A stretch of DNA of 64,000 nucleotides. Source: Nitrospirota bacterium (GTDB lineage Bacteria; Nitrospirota; UBA9217). Shown in pieces: positions 9,501 to 19,535 of this stretch. Position numbers and translations under genes: made by a program. The first letter of the stretch is position 1, and every line of letters starts with the position of its first letter. The notes under the pieces are model-generated. The model was not told where the DNA came from, did no database searches, and saw nothing but the letters and a program-made list of their open reading frames with translations. The stretch lies in the NCBI GenBank assembly GCA_963754875.1, contig CAVWHO010000008.1, positions 352,001 through 416,000 of the forward strand, read 5' to 3'.

Positions 9501-10394
9501 CTATGGTTCCGGCGTGTCCAGCGCATCCATGAGGGCGGCTGGGGAGATCTTATTCTTGAGCATCGACTTTTCGGAGCCCCAGTAGAGCCTGTTAAAATCG
9601 AGGTCCTTGGCGATCTCGTTGAGCATGGTGGTATCCACGGAGGTCGTTTCCTCGATAAAGGCCGTCAACAAAACGAAATCGCAAAGGATATTCACCAATC
9701 GGGGAATCCCCCTGCAATGCCGGAAAATACTATCCATGCAGCCGTCGGAGAACGTCACCGCATTGCGGTTGCCGGCGACCTCGAGGCGGTGAAAGATATA
9801 CTCTTCGGTCTCTGCCCTCGTGAGGGGCTGGAGTCGGCAGCTGACGCTGATGCGCTGCCGCAGCTGTCTCATTTCAGGCGTTGCGAGGATATGCCGGAGT
9901 TCGGGCTGTCCGACCAGTACGATTTGCATCAATTTTGACGTATCGGTTTCCAGGTTCGACAGCATCCGGATTTCCTCAAGCAGTTCGGGTTTGAGGTTCT
10001 GCGCTTCATCTATGATCAGCACGGTATTGTATCCCCTGATGTGCTGGTCTATCAGAAAATCATTGAGCTCCTTCATCAGGATAATCTCATCCTTGCCCTT
10101 TACGTCCAAACCGAAGTCGTCATTGATCATCGCAAGCAGCTGATGGAACGTGACCTTGGTATTGAAAAGCCGCGCAAGCGTTACATTCGGATCGACCTGC
10201 TTAATGAGATCACTGACAATGGTCGTTTTCCCGGAACCAACCTCTCCGGTAAGCAAAATGAAGCCCGCCTTTTCCCTGATCCCGTAATAGAGATAATGCA
10301 TCGCCTTTTTATGGCTCTTGCTCATATAGATAAAAGCCGGGTTGGGCACGAGTTCAAAAGGCTTTACCTTCAGATTGAAAAATGCTTCGTACAT
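9501..10394 (-). CDS. ExeA/GspA-family AAA ATPase associated with XrtA/PEP-CTERM loci
   Basis: MYEAFFNLKVKPF, Walker A GEVGSGKT, Walker B LIIDEAQNL, LVGQPEL, QLRQRI and GIPRLVNILCD. Confidence 0.93.
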   Translation of the reverse strand: MYEAFFNLKVKPFELVPNPAFIYMSKSHKKAMHYLYYGIREKAGFILLTGEVGSGKTTIVSDLIKQVDPNVTLARLFNTKVTFHQLLAMINDDFGLDVKGKDEIILMKELNDFLIDQHIRGYNTVLIIDEAQNLKPELLEEIRMLSNLETDTSKLMQIVLVGQPELRHILATPEMRQLRQRISVSCRLQPLTRAETEEYIFHRLEVAGNRNAVTFSDGCMDSIFRHCRGIPRLVNILCDFVLLTAFIEETTSVDTTMLNEIAKDLDFNRLYWGSEKSMLKNKISPAALMDALDTPEP

Positions 10395-10515
10395 AATATC
10401 CTTGTTCTCTCCCGAGGTGGTTCTGCACGGGGCCCGCCGGACCGCCTGGTTCCGGATCCCCCTTTAATTCCAACTTCATGCCTACGGAAAGTAGGGGAAC
10501 GTCGGCAATGCGGTG

Positions 10516-10890
10516 TTACTTCCCGATTGACTGTTCGACATCTCCGTACATGGTCTGGTTCACGAGTAATCTGAACTTGTCGTAATCAAGGGGCTTTATC
10601 ATGCAGTGCGACAGCTTTTTGTCGAGATCGTCCAGCGTCAGCGATAGTTCCCTGCTCATTTGATCCAGCAGGATGATGGCGGGAATATTCCTGTTCTTCA
10701 GTTTTTTCAGGAGACCGGCGCCATAGGGGTAGCTCGTAATGACCAGTCCCAGATCATCACCGACCAGTCCCCGCTCAAACTGACGGACATCGGCGACTGT
10801 GATCGTCCGGTATCCTTCCTGTTCGAGGATCGCAGCGCAGATCCGGCAGAAGCCCGCTTCATCGGCGATTAGTATCTTTTTGTTGTTCAT
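10516..10890 (-). CDS. Atypical stand-alone receiver domain (phosphoacceptor Asp replaced by Ser)
   Basis: KKILIADE...LVITSYP...PAIIL...MIKPLD is a CheY-like pattern. Start set at MNNKK (10890) rather than the ORF-track start at 11103. Confidence 0.75.
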   Translation of the reverse strand: MNNKKILIADEAGFCRICAAILEQEGYRTITVADVRQFERGLVGDDLGLVITSYPYGAGLLKKLKNRNIPAIILLDQMSRELSLTLDDLDKKLSHCMIKPLDYDKFRLLVNQTMYGDVEQSIGK

Positions 10891-10902
10891 AGGTATTGTA
10901 TT

Positions 10903-10920
10903 AAGCAATTTACATGCCTG
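10903..10920 (-). promoter_or_regulatory. Sigma-54 (-24/-12) promoter of the EPS operon
   Basis: CAGGCATGTAAATTGCTT is GG-N10-GC with GGCA and TTGC cores, directly upstream of the first minus-strand gene. Confidence 0.7.
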
Positions 10921-11774
10921 CGAAATTTTGCCCGTTTTTATGGCTTTTGTGATGGAGAACAACGTTTTTCCAGAGTACGGTGTATCAGAAGTACACAACC
11001 TGCGTAATCTGCCGTTGTCCGCCCTGTATCCACAGGAAACAGTGTTCTCAACACCTTCAAAAATAAAGCTTATCAATAGGATGAATGTTTCTTTTAGAGT
11101 CAATTTTCTCCGCGTCCCCCCGTTCGGACAATGGAGTGAACTCCGAACGCCCTGTCTCCGGCTGTGCGGTACCGTCCGGCCACTGATTTTAGATGATGAA
11201 CAATTTGGTTCAAAGGCGACAACTGCAGCAGCATTATCAAGCGGTTCTACGCTTTGACCATTTTTTCGCTGAATGTCCCGCGCATTATCTTCCCCAAAAA
11301 CGGACTGACCGGGACTGCCGATGTATGAAGGTATAATTCTTGCTTATCCACTCAGTGTAAGATAAAAGGCGTACGCATGATTTGTCCCCGTTTCACACGG
11401 AATTGCAAAACAGGGCAAGCAAATGCTTCAGCGTATGGGCCGTTTGAGCCCGGCTATAAGTACTTCTGTATGCTCCAGTCGTTGTGGCGCACCCGTCATC
11501 GCGATCGTGATATATCCGCGATGAGCGGACAAGCGGTTCTGATATAGTCGTTATGCACAGGGTAGAGAACATTTGTAGACAATTTTATTCTTTACTTCGT
11601 AAAGACTCATCAGATTTGCCCCATCTGCTCCAGCGCAGAGTGCGACGTGCTCGCCAGCAGATCCGGGGAAATGCAATTGATTGAGGAAGCGGCATGTGCG
11701 CCACCTGTGCGTGTATCCATAAGTTTATAATTTAGAAAAGAAAGTCGAAAAGAAAAAAGCCAAGAGGTGCAAGC

Positions 11775-13103
11775 ATGAAACATGAGTCAATCAGATCTCT
11801 CTGCCGGTTCTTTGCCGCCGCGTGCATCCTTGCGATATGCCTGCCGTTGACTGCGTTCGCCATGTCAACGGTGACGATCTCATCGGACGGTACCGGGGTT
11901 TTTTTGCTTCAAGGAATGGGGATCGAGGATGCGGCAGCGCTTGAGATCAACATTCTGTACGATGCGAATACACTCGCCAATCCCCGGGTCGTTGAAGGAC
12001 CGCTCATTTCCGGAGCCATGACTGCAATCAACCAAAGCCTCCCGGGCATGGTGCGTATGGTCATTATCCGACTTTCGCCAATCAAAGGCAGCGGTGTCAT
12101 TGCGACATTGTCCTTTGATCGGAAAGGCTCGTCTCCCGGGATCATCACTTCGATGAACGTCAGGCTGGCAGACATCAAAGGGTCACCTCTTTCGGCGGCG
12201 GCTCAGGTCAGCAATTCGCCGGACGCTGCAAATAATGCTGCAGCTTCGTCGCAGGACCAAAACATGGCCACAGGAACAACGACGTCCGTATTAACAGGAA
12301 TGCCGGGGACCACGTCGAATCCGTACAGCATTCCTTCAACGATTGTCGTTGTCGGGCAGCCGTCCGGAACCGATGCAAGCAACAAAACGGCGGATACAAC
12401 CCTTACGAGGGAACTGGACAACGGACAGCCCTCCGCACCGGACAGTGCCGGTTCCGTTGTGCACGAACCTGCTGCACGGGTGCAGAAAACCGATCCTGCC
12501 GCCGCTGCAGACGACTCGAAAATTCCCAAGGTCGTCAAGAAAACGATCTACACGCAAAAAAGCGTCCTCGATCGCTTCAAGGAATATCAAGGAGAGCGGA
12601 CCATCGCTAGTCTGGTTTCCCTTTTCGAGAACGAAAGCATGATCGGCTGCCGCCAAGAGCCGCCCGTCTCGATCTCTGACGGCAAATCCATCACACGCGT
12701 TGTATTCGTGAGCACACCGGGGGCGGACCCTGCTTCCGACATAGCGGTCATGGGGGCCCGATTGATCGCCCTGAAACGAGATGCTGACAATACGAACACC
12801 TGGATCGCGGAGCTCGTGCCGGAAAAAGGCACGTTCCGGGCGAGTCTCGCCGTTTCGCAGGGCGGGCTGAAGATGATATTCCCCTTGACCGTTGCGCCGG
12901 AGATCAAGGTGGATCATATCCGTTCCAGATCATGGACGGATGCCGATTTTGCGTATTATCTCAAAAAACAACGTGCGGACCTGAACAGCGACGGCAAGCG
13001 CGATTACATCGATGATTACGTCTTTACGGCCAATTACCTTTACGCTGTCGGGAAAACACAGGGGCCAACGCAGAAACCCGTTGCCACCGTGGCCGGTCAG
13101 TAA
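11775..13103 (+). CDS. Secreted protein with N-terminal cohesin-like domain, Ser/Thr/Pro-rich linker and C-terminal dockerin/EF-hand-like loop
   Basis: Signal peptide ending AFA, cohesin pattern AALEINILYDANTL...GSGVIATLSF, and Ca-loop pattern DLNSDGKRDYIDD. Confidence 0.7.
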   Translation: MKHESIRSLCRFFAAACILAICLPLTAFAMSTVTISSDGTGVFLLQGMGIEDAAALEINILYDANTLANPRVVEGPLISGAMTAINQSLPGMVRMVIIRLSPIKGSGVIATLSFDRKGSSPGIITSMNVRLADIKGSPLSAAAQVSNSPDAANNAAASSQDQNMATGTTTSVLTGMPGTTSNPYSIPSTIVVVGQPSGTDASNKTADTTLTRELDNGQPSAPDSAGSVVHEPAARVQKTDPAAAADDSKIPKVVKKTIYTQKSVLDRFKEYQGERTIASLVSLFENESMIGCRQEPPVSISDGKSITRVVFVSTPGADPASDIAVMGARLIALKRDADNTNTWIAELVPEKGTFRASLAVSQGGLKMIFPLTVAPEIKVDHIRSRSWTDADFAYYLKKQRADLNSDGKRDYIDDYVFTANYLYAVGKTQGPTQKPVATVAGQ

Positions 13104-13189
13104 GGTTTGCCGAGCATCGCGTCCTAAGTATTCCACGGCGGCGTGCTGTGCCGGAAAAAGATAGTCTGTTGAAAGGGAGGTCATTCACC

Positions 13190-15019
13190 ATGTGCGGCAT
13201 CGTCGGCTATATAGGGAAAAAAGGATCCGTCCAGATGATCATTGACGGTCTGAAAAGGCTGGAGTACCGGGGATACGATTCGGCAGGGATCGCAATCCGC
13301 AACGGCGGAGGGATTCAAGTTTACAAAACTGCAGGCAAACTCAAGGACCTGCAGCGGATACTCCCCGATACCGCATCCACGATACATGTGGGTCTCGGAC
13401 ATACCCGCTGGGCAACCCACGGCGGCCCGTCCTCGATAAATGCGCATCCGCACCAAGCAGAGGGCATAGCCGTCGTACACAACGGCATCATCGAAAATTA
13501 TCGGGAGCTGAGATCGCACCTCGAAAAGGAAGGTCATACGTTTCTTTCAGAGACTGACACGGAGGTTGTGCCTCACCTTATATCACAATTTCTGAAGCAG
13601 GGTTTGCCCATCAGAAAGGCGATCCGTGCGGCCGTCAAACAACTACGAGGCACCTATGCTCTGGGGATCATGAGCGACAGCAGTCCAAACGCTCTCTTTG
13701 CCGTCAGGAAAGGCAGCCCGCTTGTTCTCGGGATCGGCGGGGATGAACTTTATTTTGCCTCGGACATTCCCGCAATCCTTCCCTACACACAAGATTTTAT
13801 CTTTATTGAGGACGATCAGATCTGTACGCTTGCCGAAGGCAAAATGGAAATCCGCGATCTCGAATCAGACGCGGTGATCTCCTATCAGGGGAAAGTGGCC
13901 AAAGTCGACTGGACGCCCGACATGGCCGAAAAAGGCGGGCATGACCACTTCATGCATAAAGAGATCTATGAACAGCCTGAGGCAATCAGGGCGACCATCG
14001 GCGATCGTATCGACCATCCTCTCGGATGCCTCATGGATCTTGGCATTCACCTTAAGAGAAAGTCGGATGTGCAGAAGCTGCACATAGTCTCCTGCGGAAC
14101 GTCCTATCATGCCGCACTGGTCGGCAAGTATATAATCGAAAGCATTGCACGGATACCGGTCAATGTTGAAATCGCCTCGGAATACCGGTATCGGAACCCT
14201 ATCATAGAAAACAATACGCTCTTTGTTTCCATTACGCAGTCAGGTGAAACGGCCGATACGCTTGCGGCTCAGCGCGAAGCAAAGCGCAGGGGGGCGCGGA
14301 CACTAACCATTTGCAATGTCAAAGGAAGCACGTCGACACGGGAGGCGGACATGGTTCTGCATACCCGTTCCGGCCCTGAAATAGGCGTGGCGTCTACAAA
14401 GACTTTTTCGGCGCAGTTGGCTGCGCTGTACCTCCTTGCACTCGGCATGGGGATAAGCCGCAATAGTCTGACTCAGAAGGAAGCCGAAACCCTGAAAGCA
14501 AACTTACAGGAAATCCCCTCCTTGATGGAAAAGACATTGAAGAAAGATGCGGAGATCAGGTCGCTTGCCGGGACGCTGACTCATGCGAAGGACTTTCTCT
14601 ATCTGGCAAGGGGAATCAATTATCCCCTCGCCCTCGAAGGCGCGCTCAAATTAAAGGAAATTTCCTACATCCACGCGGAAGGATATCCTGCCGGTGAGAT
14701 GAAACACGGGCCGATCGCCCTCATTGACAAGAAACTGCCAGTTGTAGTACTGGCGCCTTCGAATGATCTCTTTGAAAAGGTCTTTTCCAATATTGAAGAG
14801 GTAAAAGCGCGAGGAGGCAGGGTCATCGCAGTAACCGATTCTCCCGAGGCTCTGAGAGGCAAGGCCGATGATGTCATCGAAGTGCCAACCGTGCATCCGC
14901 TGCTTACGCCCTTTGTCAACATCATTCCCCTGCAGCTGCTTGCATACCATGCAGGCGTGCTCAGGAATTGCGATGTCGACCAGCCGCGGAACCTGGCAAA
15001 AAGCGTGACAGTCGAGTAA
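13190..15019 (+). CDS. glmS: Glutamine--fructose-6-phosphate transaminase (isomerizing)
   Basis: MCGIVG start (catalytic Cys), LEYRGYDSAG, GHTRWATHG, HNGIIEN, QSGETADT, GEMKHGP and DQPRNLAKSVTVE. SD GGGAGG precedes ATG 13190. Confidence 0.98.
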   Translation: MCGIVGYIGKKGSVQMIIDGLKRLEYRGYDSAGIAIRNGGGIQVYKTAGKLKDLQRILPDTASTIHVGLGHTRWATHGGPSSINAHPHQAEGIAVVHNGIIENYRELRSHLEKEGHTFLSETDTEVVPHLISQFLKQGLPIRKAIRAAVKQLRGTYALGIMSDSSPNALFAVRKGSPLVLGIGGDELYFASDIPAILPYTQDFIFIEDDQICTLAEGKMEIRDLESDAVISYQGKVAKVDWTPDMAEKGGHDHFMHKEIYEQPEAIRATIGDRIDHPLGCLMDLGIHLKRKSDVQKLHIVSCGTSYHAALVGKYIIESIARIPVNVEIASEYRYRNPIIENNTLFVSITQSGETADTLAAQREAKRRGARTLTICNVKGSTSTREADMVLHTRSGPEIGVASTKTFSAQLAALYLLALGMGISRNSLTQKEAETLKANLQEIPSLMEKTLKKDAEIRSLAGTLTHAKDFLYLARGINYPLALEGALKLKEISYIHAEGYPAGEMKHGPIALIDKKLPVVVLAPSNDLFEKVFSNIEEVKARGGRVIAVTDSPEALRGKADDVIEVPTVHPLLTPFVNIIPLQLLAYHAGVLRNCDVDQPRNLAKSVTVE

Positions 15020-15041
15020 AACGGCTCCAAAGGGAGGACGC

Positions 15042-15227
15042 GTGGACGGCGTCTGGTATAAATTATGTCCTCAGTGCAGGAATTACATCAAGAAGACGGA
15101 GCCGCAAGACTCCGGCATATGCTGCACCTGCGGATGGAAAGAGTATCCTGTCATGTATTTTTGTGAGATCTTCGGCAAGTACTGTGTGTTCTATCCCTCG
15201 GACCTTAAGGACAAGCTGGCCGCGTAA
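15042..15227 (+). CDS. Small Cys-rich, probably metal-binding (zinc-ribbon-like) protein
   Basis: Strong SD GGGAGG before GTG. 61 aa with CPQC, CCTC and a further C-x6-C. Confidence 0.6.
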   Translation: MDGVWYKLCPQCRNYIKKTEPQDSGICCTCGWKEYPVMYFCEIFGKYCVFYPSDLKDKLAA

Positions 15228-15483
15228 GGACGGAAACCGTTATGTCAGCTTCCTCTTGATCCGGTCTTCGTACCCTCCTCGTGCCGCTGCTATTTTCTTG
15301 AGAGAGGTTCTGCAACCGTATCTGAACGACGACCAGGAAACCGGATAATAAGTAAAGGTTCGAGCGTCCAGCCTGTTCTTGTGGCTGCCTGAACGGCCTG
15401 CTCGCGCGCTGTAAATCTGATCAACCATGATAAGGACTAAGGAACAGTTTTTGCGGATGAGCATGCAGTACTTTGGAGGCAAG

Positions 15484-17523
15484 GTGCCGGATACGGATAC
15501 AAAAGACAATTTGCAGAACCTCTTCAAGGACGAATCATGGTGGGATCATTTCGCATCCCTTTCTGAGAGTTTCGGATTCTCCCTGAGTATCTTTTCACAT
15601 TCCGGAAAACCCATCTTCGTTCCGACCGGGACAATCCCTCCGTGCCAGGAATTTTGCTCATCTTCAGCAGAATTTAACTCGAAACACGAAGCATATTGTC
15701 ATCCCCTCATCATGAACACCCTTGCAACGGGAAAACCAGATATCTTCAAATGCTATGCGAAAATCATGTGTTTCTCTCTGCCCATCAGATACATGGACGA
15801 AAAGGCAGTGATCCTGGGGCAGGGATCGTTTTCGTCGTACGAAGATTTTCGGGAATGTGTGAACCTCGTTCAAGCCGCCGGTAACGACAAAATTTCCGTT
15901 ACCGTGCCGCTCTCCTTTACGAACTACCAGCAAGCCTGGAAGGTTTGCGGCTTCGTTGCAATCTCGGTGAACAAACTTTTGCAAAACACTCAGGAAAACA
16001 CGTCGCTAAGAAGAAAGATCGAAAGCCTGAAAATGATCATCGGGATGTGGGGCGCCACCGCCGAGGAGCGGCCGGAATCGATGTATAGAACGATGATCGG
16101 AAAGCTGTCCTCGCTGCTCGATATCGATTGCATTACCATTCTTGCTTTTGATCATACGCAGAGAAAATATACGAGCCTCTACAGCCTTTTGAGGAGCAGC
16201 GGGACTCCTGAGGTCTACAGCATCAATGAGGATGATGCGGTGGCTCAGGACCTTGCGGCAGGGAAGGAGTTTCTCCTTTCGGCAGAGCCGATTGCAGACC
16301 CCCGGGCTGATTTCCTGCGCGGAATGGGTGCTCTCTATTTTTTCCCTGTCATGGTCAACAAAAAACTCGCTGCGATCCTCCGGATTGACGACAGGGGCCT
16401 CACTGAAGCCGACCGGCAGGTCATAACTGCATTCTGTCGGAATACCGCTCTTTCGATCGAAAACTACCAACTGCAACAGGAACTGTATAAAAAATTTGAC
16501 CAGTTCGCAGCTATTTCTGAGCTGACGAAGTCGATAATACCCATCCATGATTATGAAAAGCTCCTTCAGGCGATCCTTGACATGTCGGCTGAACTGCTCA
16601 AGGCGGAACAGGGTTCACTGATGCTGATCGACTATGAAACTGATGCCTTGCTCCTGGAAGCAAAAAAAGGTATAATCGACGGCGTAGCCGGAAAACTCAG
16701 GATCAACCGGGGTGAAGGGATCGCCGGCAAAGTGGCCCAATCCGGCGAACCTATCCTCGTCGAGAACCTGGAAAACGATCCGAGAATACGCCAAATGAAC
16801 AGACGACACTATAAAACGCGCTCGTTTGTCAGCATACCGCTTAAGATCGATGGCCGCACCATAGGTGTGCTCAACCTGTCGGACAAGTCCTCCGGCGAGG
16901 TGTTTAATAAAGAAGACTTGAAACTCATTCAATCCTTCGCCACCCATGCCGCTGTCATCATGGAGCGAAATGTATTTATTAATAAAACGGAAGAACTAAA
17001 AAAACTGACCATCACGGACTCTCTTACCGGTCTCCTGAACCGGAGGTACCTGCATGAACGGCTGAAGGACGAATTGGCCCGGTCCGCGCGTCATGGCCAC
17101 ACTTTCGGCCTTCTCATGCTGGACATCGACGGGTTCAAACATTGTAATGACACGCTGGGCCATCCTTTCGGCGACAAGGTCCTGAAAGCCATGGCAGACA
17201 CCTTACTGAATGTTGTGCGGTCCATAGACATAGTGGCACGATACGGCGGCGATGAGTTCATGATAATTCTGCCCGAGACCGTTAAGTCAGTTGCCATAGA
17301 AATAGCGGAGCGGATATTGAGCAGTGTGTCAGAGAAAGTGGTTCGCGTTAACGATGACCCCGCTTCCCGATCGTATACCATGACGACCAGTATCGGTATT
17401 GCCTGCTATCCCGAACACGGGAAATCGGCTGAAGTGCTGCTTGAGAACGTTGACAAGGCACTGTACCGCGCTAAACACGAAGGGAAAAACCGCGTAGAGG
17501 TATTCACGAAACATGCCATTTAG
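15484..17523 (+). CDS. Diguanylate cyclase with PocR-like and two GAF sensor domains
   Basis: TDSLTGLLNRR, DIDGFKHCNDTLGHPFGD, I-site RSID, RYGGDEF and GAF motif GVLNLSDK. GTG 15484 follows GGAGG. Confidence 0.92.
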   Translation: MPDTDTKDNLQNLFKDESWWDHFASLSESFGFSLSIFSHSGKPIFVPTGTIPPCQEFCSSSAEFNSKHEAYCHPLIMNTLATGKPDIFKCYAKIMCFSLPIRYMDEKAVILGQGSFSSYEDFRECVNLVQAAGNDKISVTVPLSFTNYQQAWKVCGFVAISVNKLLQNTQENTSLRRKIESLKMIIGMWGATAEERPESMYRTMIGKLSSLLDIDCITILAFDHTQRKYTSLYSLLRSSGTPEVYSINEDDAVAQDLAAGKEFLLSAEPIADPRADFLRGMGALYFFPVMVNKKLAAILRIDDRGLTEADRQVITAFCRNTALSIENYQLQQELYKKFDQFAAISELTKSIIPIHDYEKLLQAILDMSAELLKAEQGSLMLIDYETDALLLEAKKGIIDGVAGKLRINRGEGIAGKVAQSGEPILVENLENDPRIRQMNRRHYKTRSFVSIPLKIDGRTIGVLNLSDKSSGEVFNKEDLKLIQSFATHAAVIMERNVFINKTEELKKLTITDSLTGLLNRRYLHERLKDELARSARHGHTFGLLMLDIDGFKHCNDTLGHPFGDKVLKAMADTLLNVVRSIDIVARYGGDEFMIILPETVKSVAIEIAERILSSVSEKVVRVNDDPASRSYTMTTSIGIACYPEHGKSAEVLLENVDKALYRAKHEGKNRVEVFTKHAI

Positions 17524-19183
17524 CTCACTCAAGGACAGCGAATTTATTAATCGTCAGGAGGAGTTGTCCACCCTTTACAGAAGGGTTCTCAGGGCGGAGT
17601 GGGGCCATGCGCAAAGCGCAGTCCTGTCCGGTCATCGGGGCATCGGCAAGTCAGAGCTTCTCAAACAACTCTTCGGCCACCTGTTCTGGAAGCAGGATCG
17701 GGTAGTTCCCTTCTTATATACGGTCAACCCCGCACTCCTGTCTGTTGCGGCCTTTTCAAAGACCTATCTGACGGGGTTTCTTCGGCAACGACTTGCATTC
17801 TCGAAAAAAGAACAAGCATTGCTGTATCATGACGGGATATCAATTGATGATCTGTCCTTACTCATAGAAGAGTTGGAAGCCGGCTGGGCAAAGGAGATCC
17901 TTGACCAGTACGTCCAGTCAGCCCGTGATCCGCTCGATGCACTTCTCAACGCTCTTGCGGCCCCGCACCGTTCAGCGCTTGCCACAGGGATGCCTGTCGC
18001 CGTTCTGCTCGATGATTTTCATTGGACGAAGGGGCTCCATATCGATGACGTTCCCGATGCCCGGTTAGCTTCACTTTTTCAAGAGTCGATGTCGCATAAA
18101 AAAACGCCGCATATCATCACCGGGAACGCATCGGAACTCCAGGAGATGCCTGTCGTGAGCGGCCTTGAGCGCATACCGGTACAACCCTTGGGACCCGAGG
18201 CTGCCTCGTCGAGAGTGAGCGCACTTTTGAGCGCGAATGATGCTGCAGGAAATGTCCCTCCCCTTCTCCTGCGCCATCTCGGCGGGAACCCCTTTTACCT
18301 GGGTTGCGTCGTCACGAAAGCGAGCTCGCAGAACAATCTCGACGAAAAAGACTTCTGGAACGCATACATCCAAGAGATCATGGAAGGACAGCTTGCGTTT
18401 TCCTGGTCTACAGTCTTTAAGAGTTTATTCCCGGACTTGGGGATGAGGAGGGCGGCACTTGCAATAGCCTATAAGATCCATCACACCGCCGAACCTTTTT
18501 CCTGCCAGCGGATTGCAAAGTCCTTTGCGCTGTCGGACGAGCGTGCGCACGATATTGCGTATAACCTGTGTTTGGAGGGTATCATTCGGGGAGAGTTCGG
18601 CGTATTCAGGGCCACGGACGACCGGGTATTAAAGGACGTAATCGATTGCCTCTATCTGAGGGAGGTTCTGGCGAAGTCCACCCATGATCTGACAGACCAC
18701 TTCCTTGCAGCGTTAGTCCCGCAAAAAGGCCATGTTGCCCGGTTTGACATGGCCCTGCCGATGGTCAAGGAGGCCGAACTGATTGCTGCGCAGGGACTCG
18801 AGCAAATAGGCAAGAACCTGAACCTGAACCCTGAGGCCATCGGACAGCTGCAGATAGCCGTTATCGAGGCTTGCATCAACGCTATTGAACACGGCAGGGG
18901 GAGTGGGGACAACATCTATATCAGCGTCATTGTGGATGAGGACCAACTGGAGGTTTCGGTAGAAAGTGCCGGGAAGGAGTTCATCATTCAGGAAACAGGT
19001 GAACCTTTTCGCGATCAGGAGGCTGTAAAAGCACCCGGGAGAGGATGGGGCATAAAATTAATAAGACGCTTTGTGGACGATGTAAAGTTCGAAAAAACTG
19101 CTCTTGGCACAAAAATAGTGCTCGTAAAAAAAATCGGAAAATCTGTGGGCAAACAAAAGGAGAATACGATAAACCATGAGTAA
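17513..19183 (+). CDS. P-loop ATPase (ATPase_2/STAND-like) fused to an RsbW-type anti-sigma kinase domain
   Basis: FINRQEEL, Walker A GHRGIGKS, Walker B VLLDDFH, LGGNPFYL; C-terminal AVIEACINAIEHG and GRGWGIKLI. Confidence 0.82.
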   Translation: MPFSSLKDSEFINRQEELSTLYRRVLRAEWGHAQSAVLSGHRGIGKSELLKQLFGHLFWKQDRVVPFLYTVNPALLSVAAFSKTYLTGFLRQRLAFSKKEQALLYHDGISIDDLSLLIEELEAGWAKEILDQYVQSARDPLDALLNALAAPHRSALATGMPVAVLLDDFHWTKGLHIDDVPDARLASLFQESMSHKKTPHIITGNASELQEMPVVSGLERIPVQPLGPEAASSRVSALLSANDAAGNVPPLLLRHLGGNPFYLGCVVTKASSQNNLDEKDFWNAYIQEIMEGQLAFSWSTVFKSLFPDLGMRRAALAIAYKIHHTAEPFSCQRIAKSFALSDERAHDIAYNLCLEGIIRGEFGVFRATDDRVLKDVIDCLYLREVLAKSTHDLTDHFLAALVPQKGHVARFDMALPMVKEAELIAAQGLEQIGKNLNLNPEAIGQLQIAVIEACINAIEHGRGSGDNIYISVIVDEDQLEVSVESAGKEFIIQETGEPFRDQEAVKAPGRGWGIKLIRRFVDDVKFEKTALGTKIVLVKKIGKSVGKQKENTINHE

Positions 19184-19535
19184 TTTTTCTTTATCGTCAA
19201 AATCGGCCGGGGACATAGCCGTCATGATGCCCAAAGGCTATATTAATGACATCGCGGCGGAGAGCCTCGAACAGGAAAATGAGCAGTTTCTCGGACACGG
19301 TCTGAAAAAGCTCGTCGTTAATTTTTCCGATGTGCAATTTATCAATACCATCGGGCTCTCGGTTTTCTTGGGCATGATGCAGAAGACATTGGAGCACAAC
19401 AGCATCCTCTGCTTCACGAATATGAAAAAAGACCACCAGGCTATTTTCGAGATCGCGGGCTTGATTAAACATGTAAAGGTCTTTAAAGATGAAAAGGACG
19501 CCTTCAATTATTTGGACGGCAGACATAAAGTATGA
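19176..19535 (+). CDS. STAS anti-sigma factor antagonist
   Basis: 119 aa with PKGYIND, LVVNFSDVQFINTIGL and IFEIAGL. Overlaps both neighbours. Confidence 0.88.
   Translation: MSNFSLSSKSAGDIAVMMPKGYINDIAAESLEQENEQFLGHGLKKLVVNFSDVQFINTIGLSVFLGMMQKTLEHNSILCFTNMKKDHQAIFEIAGLIKHVKVFKDEKDAFNYLDGRHKV

Noticed and set aside
13104..13189. glmS ribozyme upstream of glmS
   Set aside because: Only 86 nt of intergenic space and no recognisable ribozyme core.
17000..17523. Hypr-type cGAMP synthase, given the omcS context
   Set aside because: The base-specifying residue is Asp (GHPFGD), not Ser.
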